DNA from: Zygnema circumcarinatum SAG 698-1b
Lineage: Eukaryota; Plantae; Zygnematophyceae
Assembly: GCA_037447605.1 (NCBI GenBank)
Contig: CM074823.1
Coordinates: forward strand, 496,001 to 560,000
DNA length: 64,000 nucleotides
Direction: 5' to 3'
How positions within the stretch are numbered: position 1 is the first letter of the stretch; each line of letters starts with the position of its first letter. Shown here piece by piece: positions 56,044-64,000 of the stretch. The notes beneath the pieces were generated by a model, which was given only the letters and a program-made list of their open reading frames with translations, was not told the DNA's origin and did no database searches. Made by a program: the position numbers and the translations under genes.

Positions 56044-57627
56044 ATGGAGATTGCGCGCCTGCAGAGGCAGCTCACGGAGCTCACAGACAACATGTTTGCA
56101 GAGGTAGGGGGAGTGGGAGAGAGGGAGAGAGGGACGAGGGGAGCGGGGGGGAGGAAGAAAGATGTAGAGAGAGAGGAAGGAGTAAGGAGGTAGTGAGCGA
56201 GAAAAGGTAGTTATTTAGTTTCTCTTTCCCTCTATTCTTGGTTTATGTCTTCCCTCTCTTCCCTTACTTTATCCTCCTCCAGATTCTGTCCCCCTTTTTT
56301 CCCTCTCTCCCGCTCTCTCTCTCCACACCTCTCTCTCCCTATCTCTTTCTCTTCCCCCTTCTCTCCCTCTCTTTCATACTCTCTCCTCCCCCCTCCCGCC
56401 TCTCTCTCCCCCTCTCACTCTCCTACCGCACTTTCTCCCGCTTTTCTCACTCCCCACCTTTCACATCCTCCTCCTCTCTCCCCCCCCTCACCTCCCCCCT
56501 CTCCGTCCCCCTCTCTCACTCCCCCCTCTCGTTGTGCATAAGAAACCTTAATTGACTGAGAAAGTGCCATATGATGTATGCAGCAATCTCTTCCTCTCCT
56601 TCTTCCAACCACCTCAGTAGGAAATGTGATGTCCATTCATGTGTACTCTGACATAATTCACTATTTGCAGAATATGGATTTTGCATTTCACTTTTCTCCT
56701 ACTTGGAGTTCTGCAGAAAAAAATAGGGTTTGTAGATATCCCATCGCGCAATACAGATGATCCAGAATCTTTCAACCCTGAAGAGATTATTCTTCCTAGG
56801 AATCTCTTCCCTTTCCCTCTCTCTGTGCTCTCTCTCTCTCTCTCTCCATCTCTCTCCCCCCCACTTGCTATTTCTTCGTCTCTTCTACTTTCTATCTCTC
56901 TCTCCTTTCCTGTCTCCGTCTCTCTCTGTCTCCCACATCCCTGTATCATTCTCTCTCCTCTCTCCTTTCTCTATGTCTCTCTTCCGCTCCATCTCTATCC
57001 TTATCTCTATCTCCCATATCCTTCCCTGCCTTTCTCTCTCTCCCCTCAATATCTCTCTTCCCTTCCCTTTCGCTCTCCCCCTCTCTCCATCCCTTCCCCA
57101 CTCTCCATATCTCTTTCCCCCTCGTTCCATTTCTCTCTCTCTCTCCTCCATTTCTCTCGTTCTCTCCTTCCCTTTCGCTCTTCCCCTCTCTCTCTCTCTT
57201 TCCACTTTCCTTTCCTTCTGCTACTTTTAACCAGTTCACTTATGCTATTTTTAAATGTTTATGTTAAAGGCACTTTTCATTTTTAGTATAAACATATTTT
57301 TGTTTCATACATTTCCTTCAGAGATTAGTGAATTTCTTGCTTTCTTTTCTTTTTCTTTGTTTTTATTCGTGATTACGAAGGTATGGCATGTTTCTTCATT
57401 CACTTTCTCACTCACTACTTTAATTTCCCCTCTCCCTCCCTCCCTCCCTCCCTCCCTCCCACTTTCTCTCCCTCTATCTCTCCCTCCCGCAGGGCCTGCT
57501 AGACGACCAGTTCACGCAGCTCCAACAGCTGCAGGACGAGAGCAATCCCGAGTTCGTAGGAGAAGTCATTGGGCTTTTTTTTGAGGACTCGGAGAAGCTT
57601 CTGGAGGAGTTGACACAAGAAGTGTGA

Positions 57628-57673
<46 letters not shown>

Positions 57674-60600
57674 ATTTCTTGCTTCCATTTGTCTCTCCCA
57701 TTGCTCCCTCTCTCCTTCTTTTTCCCCACCTCTGCGCTCTCTCCTTTTCATCTCCCTCCCTGTTCTGTTCTTTTTAACTTGTTCTCTCCCTCTCACCTGC
57801 TCAATCCCTTCCCCTCTGCCCCCCCCCCCCTCCCCTCTTTCTCCCTCTTCCTCAGTATCCTAAAAGCCCCAATACCTACCTTTCGCTATCACTTTATTTT
57901 CCTCTCTCGCCTCATCCGTTCTCCTTTGTTCACTTCTCCCTCTCTCCCTCCCTCCCTCATTGAATTCTCCCCTCTCTCTCTCTCACCCTCTCCCTGCAGT
58001 GAAGCCGATTCGATTGATTTCAAGAAAGTGGATGCACATGTGCATCAGTTCAAAGGCAGCAGTTCGAGGTTTGTTCAAACCCTAAAAGCCCAAAAACTAG
58101 AAACCGAAAAACCCTAATCCATAAAACACTTCTTCAGTTTTCAACCAGATTTTACCTTTCTAATGTTCTCCTTCAATGAAAATTCAACAACCTTAGCTAC
58201 CGAAATTTATTTACCAGATTTTCCGTCCTTTTTTTCGATGATTTGGTTGTTCCGACTTCTCTGTGTTGTTGTTCTCTGTTCTCTTTATTACTTATATATT
58301 CCTTACCATGTTCAAGTAAGCTGTTTTTGGGGTGCAGCATTGGAGCTCAGCGGGTGAAGGGAGTTTGCATCGCTTTTCGGAACTACTGCGAAGAGCAGGA
58401 CTCGGAAGGGTCAGTTCCGGGGGGCCATTGGAAGGGAGAGAGGGAGAGCAGGGAGAGGGAGAGGGAGAGGCAGAGCAGGAAAGGAGAGAGAAAGAAAAGC
58501 AGAGAGAAAGAAAGGAAACAAGAAGGAAGAAGAGAAAAGAGAGAAAACAAGCTGAAAAGAGAGAGAAAGGAAGAGAAAACAAAAAGGGAAAGAAGGAGCA
58601 AAGGAGAGAAAGAGAAGGAGAGAAAGGAAAGAAAGAGAGAAACAAAAGAGAGAAGAAACAAAAGAGAAAAAGAGAGAAACAAGGAGAGGAGGAGCAAGAG
58701 AGGGAGAAGAGGAGAGGGAGGAGAGGAAGGGAGAGCAGGGGAGAGGGAGAAGGAGAAACAGAGGAGGGAGGGAGAGGGAGAGGAGAGCAGGGGAGAGGGA
58801 GAAGGGGAGAGGGCATGGAGGAAGAGGGGAGGAGAGCAGGGAGAGGGAGGAGGGAGGAGGAAGCAGGAGTGAGGAAAAGCAGAGCTTAGCAGGGAGAAAG
58901 AGGGAGAGCAGAAGGGAGAGGGAGGAGAGCAGGGAGGGAGAACAAGGGTGAGGAGGGAGAGAGCAGGAGAAAGTGAGGGAGAGCAGGGAGAGGGAGAGGG
59001 AGAGCAGGGAGAGGGGAGAGGGAGAGAAGGGAGAGCAGGGAGAGGGAGAGAGAGAGGGAGAGGGAGAGGAGAGGGAGAGCAGGGAGAGGGAGAGGAGAGG
59101 GGAGAGGGAGAGCAGGGAGAGGGAGGAGGGAGGCAGAGCAGGGAGGGAGAGGGAGAGGGAGAGGGAGGAGAGCAGGGAGAGGAGAGCAGGGAGGAGAGGG
59201 AGAGGGAGAGAGCAGGGAGAGGAAGCAGGGAGAGGAGAGGGAGAGCAGAGGAGAGGAGAGAGAGGAAACGAGAGAGGGAGAGGAGAGGGAGAGGAGAGCA
59301 GGGAGAGGGAGAAGGGAGGAGCAGGAGGAGGGAGAGGAGAAAGGGAGGCAAGGGAGAGGGAGAGGAGAGCAGGGAGAGGGAGGAGGGAGAGCAGGAGGAG
59401 GAGGGAGAGGAGAGCAGGGTGAGGAAAGGGGAGAGCAGAAGGGGAGAAAGAGAGGGAAAGAGAGGGAGAGGGAGGAGAGCAGGAGAGGGAGAGAACAGGG
59501 TGAGGGAGAGGGAGAGCAGGGAGAAAGTGAGGGAGAGCAGGGAGAGGGAGAGGGAGAGCAGGGAGAGCAGGGAGAGAGGGAGGAAAGGAGGGAAGCAGGG
59601 AGAGGGAGGGAGGAGCAGAACAGGGAGAGGAGAGGGAGAGGAGAAGAGCAGGGAGGGAGAGGGAGAGGAAACAGGGAGAGGGAGAGCAGGGAGAGGGGGA
59701 GAGGAGAGCAGGGAGAGGGAGAGGGAGAGCAGGGAGAGGGAGAGGGAGAGCAGGGAGAGGGAGAGGGAGAGGGAGAGGGAGAGGGAGAGCAGGGAGAGGG
59801 AGAAGGGAGAGCAGGAGGAGGGAGAGGGAGAAGGGAGAGCGGGGAGAGGGAGAGGGAGAGCATGGAGAGGGAGAGGGAGAGCAGGGAGAGGGAGAGGGAG
59901 AGCAGGGTGAGGAAAAGGGAGAGCAGGGAGAAAGAGAGGGAGAGCAGGGAGAGGGAGGGGAGAGGGGGGGGAGGGAGGGGGGGAGCAGGGAGAGGGAGAG
60001 GGAGAACAGGGAGAGGGAGAGGGAGAGCAGGGAGAGGGAGAGGGAGAGCAGGGAGAGGGAGAGGGAGAGCAGAGCAGGGAGAGGGAGAGCAGGGAGAGGG
60101 AGAGAGAGAGCAGGGAGAGGGAGAGGGAGAGCAGGGAGAGGGAGAGGGAGAGCAGGGAGAGCAGGAGAGGGAGAGGGAGAGCAGGGAGAGGGAGAGAGAG
60201 CAGGGAGAGGGAGAGGGAGAGCAGGGAGAGGGAGAGGGAGAGCAGGGAGAGGGAGAGAGAGAACAGGGTGAGGGAGAGGGAGAGCAGGGAGAAAGTGAGG
60301 GAGAGCAGGGAGAGGGAGAGGGAGAGGAGAGCAGGGAGAGGGAGAGGGAGAGAGAGAGCAGGAGAGCAGGGAGAGGCAGAGCAGGGAGAGGGAGAGGGAG
60401 AGAGAGAGCAGGAAGTGGGAGAGGTAAAGCAGGGAGAGGGAGAGGGAGAGCAGGGAGAGGGAGGGGTAAAACAGGGAGAGGGAGGAGGGAGAGCAGGAGG
60501 AGGGAGAGTGAGGAGGAGGGAGGGAGGGAGCTGGGAGGAGGGAGAGGGAGGGAGGCAGAGGGAGAAGGGGAGAGGAGAGCAGGGAGAGGGAGGGGTAAAA

Positions 60601-61582
60601 CAGGGAGAGGGAGAGGGAGAGCAGGGAGAGGGAGAGGGAGAGCAGGGAGAGGGAGAGGGGAGCGCAGGGAGAGGGAGAGGGAGAGCAGGGAGAGGGAGAG
60701 GGAGAGCAGGGAGAGGGAGAGGGAGTGGCAGAAAGGAGAAGAATGAGGAGGGTGAGAGAGGGGATGGGTTGTGGGAGAGTCGGGAATGGGAGTGGGGATA
60801 GGCGAGAGGGATTAAGTGGGGGACTGTGTGGGGAGAGAGAGAGAGAGGGATGTTAAAGGAGACAGACGGGGTGAGAGGTGGAGGTAAAGGAAGTTGCGAT
60901 AGGCGTTTACGGTCGTAGGTATAGAGACATAGATATAAAGGTAAAGGGCGGAGAGGGAGGGTGTGGGAGGGAGGGAGAAGGATGGAGTGGGGGAGAGAGA
61001 GAGGGGGAAGAGGGAGAGGAACGAGGAACTTTTCAGTCAGCTGGTGCACTTCGATTTCACTAAAAACAAAAAGGGGGTAGTGGGAGGGAGAGAGATAGAG
61101 AGAGAGAGAGAGTGAGGAGGGGGGCGAGAATACAAGCCTTACGAGAAAATAGGAGGCTCTATGTATAGCTTTTTGGAAACAAAAGCAAGCAGTATCCGTC
61201 CCTCTTTCTCTATCTCTCACTCTCGCTATCTTGCGCTCTCTCTCGTTCTCCCTCGCTTTCCCTCGTTTTCCCTCTCTCCCTCTTCCTCCTTCCTCGCTCT
61301 CTTCCCTCCCCCTCTCCATCTTTCTCCCTCACTCTCCCTCCCTCTCCCTCCCTCTCCCTCCCTATCCTTACCTCTCCTCTTGCATTCTCCCTCTCCTTCT
61401 CTCTCTCCTCCTCCTCCCTCCCTCTCCCTCCTCTCCTCCCTGTCCCTCATTCTCCCTCTCCCTTCCTTTCTTTGGAGTTTCTTGCGTGCAGTTGTCGGCA
61501 GGCCCTTGAGCAGGTGAAGGAGGAGTATCTATTGGTTAAAGCCAAGCTTGAACGCATGCTTCAGGTCCGTCTTCTCTCTCTC

Positions 61583-61614
<32 letters not shown>

Positions 61615-62229
61615 GCTCTCTCTCTCCCTCTCTCTCTCTCTCTCCCTCTCTCTCTCCTTCTCTCTTCCTTCCCCCTACTCTCCCTCACTCTCGCTCTCCT
61701 CTTTCTCCCACCGTCTCCTCTCACTCCCTCTCTACTCTTTCTCTCTTACTTTGTCCGTGCACTCTTGCTCCCCCCCTCTTTTTCTCTCCCAACACACACT
61801 GCCTCTCTTCCCCCCTCCCTCCTGCCTACTCCCTCCCACTCGCCCCATCGCTCTCCCTCTCTTTCTCTCCTCTCTCCCCTTCTCACGCTCGCCTCTCTCT
61901 CTCTCTCCCACTCCCCCTCTCCCTTGCCTCTCTCCCCTCCACTCTCTCTCCCTGTCTCTCCCCCTTCCGCATCTTCTCTCTATACCTTCCCTACTCTCTC
62001 TCTCTTAGTATATACCCCTTTTAAAAGGATAAATACGGTTGATATTTAGTTATTCTATGTTCAATAGGTTTTATATGCATATATGTGTATACTTATGTGT
62101 GTATAAATTACTTTTTTGTGTTTCAAGGGAGCTGACGGAGGTCCTTTCCATGCATTCCGTTCCGTGGTTTTGCAGTTGGAACAGAAAATTCTGTCAAAGG
62201 GAGGGCAACTTCCTTTTATGATGGGCTAA
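56044..62229 (+). CDS. AHP: Histidine-containing phosphotransfer protein (AHP/HPt) of multistep two-component signalling
   Basis: Exons 56044-56103 ([20 protein letters not shown]; in-frame ATGs also at 56014 and 55756), 57493-57623 ([22 protein letters not shown]), 58000-58068 ([13 protein letters not shown], phospho-accepting His present), 58338-58409 ([10 protein letters not shown]), 61492-61564, 62176-62229 ([17 protein letters not shown]). Confidence 0.93.
58430..60720 (+). repeat. ~2.3-kb degenerate GA-rich minisatellite (GGGAGAGGGAGAGCA-type units) in AHP intron 4
   Basis: Direct reading; it is the source of the long low-complexity ORFs on both strands. Confidence 0.85.
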
Positions 62230-63899
62230 AAGAAGAGCTGTTCCATGCAACGGAATGGAAACTTGAGAGGAAAAGAATTGGGCATCTTGCGTTTACATGA
62301 ACAAACTCCGTGAAATAGAACAGATTCAGGCCTCTTCTTCTCCCTCTCCCTATCCCTCTCCTCCTCCTCCCCCTCCCCCTCCTCTCCTCCCCCTCCTCCC
62401 CCTCCCCCTCCTCCTCCTCTCCCTCCTCCTATAGCCGCTCCCTACCATGGCCCCAATGCAGCTTAGGCTGTTCCATGTGACAGCTTCTGTTCCTGGTGTG
62501 ACTGATTCCGTCCTCTCCAACGGATCACTTTCTCAGTGAAGAAGAAGAAAAAGTAGCAACATTTTGGAAATGTTGGAAATTTGAGCCATAATGGGTTGTC
62601 TGTGCTATAGTGGAAGGTGACCATGTAGAGGAATAGAGCTCTCCCTCTCCCTCTCCCTCTCCGTCTCCCCCTCCCTCTACCTCTCCCACATTTCCTAGCT
62701 CTCTCTAGAACACTCTCTCCCTTTGTCACTGTCGCACACGCTCTCTCTCGTTTGGGAGATTTTAAGTGGGGGATATGGGAGGGGGTTTTGGGGTTCAGAG
62801 CCGCGCCAGTGCTTGAGCTGGTTAAAGAATTTTTAGGGTTAGGGTTTAAGGGCTTAGAAGGAGCCAAAGGGGGGAGGGAGGGAGGGAGGGAGGGAATTGG
62901 GGAATTGAAATTCTGAATTTCGTAAATGGATAGAAACGGCCCCGCCCGAAAGCTCAAATGGCTTTTAATGTTTAAAAGTAGCGCCTCTTTTGACCTCATT
63001 TGGCTTAAGTTGGTTGGATTAACTTTGGTTGACCAGGTTTGACCAGGTTTGACCAGGTTTGACCAGGTTTGACTGTGGCAGTTGAGAATGTGAGGATGTG
63101 GAACTGCTCTGATGCATACATGCATGCACATGCACATGCAGTTATCCATTGATCGGATCAATCATTGGCAATGTTTCCCAAGTATTGATTTGTGGCAAAG
63201 CCAACCATTGGTAATGGTTCCACTTATTGGTTATGGAGTTTTGTTATTCAAATTGGGTTTGCAATGTCATAAGTTCATCGGCTTATTATGGTTGAAAGTA
63301 GGTCGTTTTTAACACTGCGAGGAATGAAGACCATCCAATGGTTGATCCAATGGTTGGCGATCCCATGGGCCCCCATGCGTTGCGGACCCGTCAACCAATC
63401 ATAACAAAACAAAATTCCATAGAAAACTGTTTTTGTTGAGACAAATAATTTATTTAAAAAGAAAAGAAAAGTAAAAACGAGCGAAAGGTCCCACTCTATA
63501 TCCTTTTTTCTCGCCCATTTTTGCCCCAAACTTTCCATTTGGCTACCACTGCTCAACAGCATTTTCATGACCCTCCAATTGTGCTCCATGTTGACCAGTT
63601 CCAGTTACCGTTGCTCACAACGGAACTGGAACGGAGTACGGACACATACGACCTATGACACCTCAACGGCCTACAGTACTTCCCAACTGCTGTCCGTACA
63701 ACGGAATGGTAACAGAACGGAAACGGAACGGCCACATGGAACGCCCCTCAGACCACTCCCTGCTCCTTCATGGCCTTCGCCACTTTTAGAAATCCGGCGA
63801 TGTTGGCCCCCGCCATCAGCGCGCTGAAAATTTCAACAAAGAAAAAAAAAAAAAAAAGGGGGAGGGGTGAGACGCAAGTGAAAGACATGAAAAACAAGC

Positions 63900-64000
63900 A
63901 GCTTAGGGTTTTAGGGTCTTTAGGGTTTTAAGGTTGTAGGGATGTAGGGTTGTAGGGTTGTAGGGTTGTAGGGATTTAGGGTTGTAGGGATTTAGGGTTT
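63900..64000 (+). repeat. Telomere-like TTTAGGG/TGTAGGG tract running off the window end
   Basis: Direct reading. Confidence 0.8.

Noticed and set aside
58383-61319. 978-aa minus-strand ORF
   Set aside because: Low-complexity reading of AHP intron 4.
63600-63740. AACGG (MSA/MYB3R-like) motif clusters, also near several acceptors
   Set aside because: GGAAC/TTCCG pentamers are common throughout the window, including in coding exons, so enrichment cannot be claimed without statistics.

Overview
Eukaryotic, intron-rich nuclear DNA of a green plant lineage. My inference is a streptophyte alga, possibly Zygnematophyceae, based on plant-type DHQ-SDH, IQD, AHP and At2g45460-like FHA genes, TTTAGGG-type repeats and very long GA/CT tracts. 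Most long ORFs in the supplied track are simple-repeat artefacts. By manual splicing I resolve seven genes: (1) a partial minus-strand gene fusing a Pro-rich linker, a CBM14/peritrophin-A chitin-binding domain and a papain (C1A) protease domain; (2) bifunctional 3-dehydroquinate dehydratase/shikimate dehydrogenase, with middle exons lost in a gap; (3) a 12-exon FHA/coiled-coil protein; (4) a TrmL/SpoU tRNA methyltransferase with frameshifts; (5) a myristoylated calcineurin-B/CHP-like EF-hand protein; (6) an IQ67-domain (IQD) protein; (7) a histidine phosphotransfer protein (AHP). Intergenic DNA carries Mutator-like elements (8-bp TSD), Tc1/pogo-like MITEs (TA TSD), hairpin MITEs and tandem arrays. 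There are ten 10-N gaps and one ~100-N gap, with probable assembly duplications. The most notable signals are the CBM14-papain fusion, a consistent intron polarity (sense-strand GA tract near the donor, CT tract near the acceptor), and telomere-like G tracts starting at splice donors.
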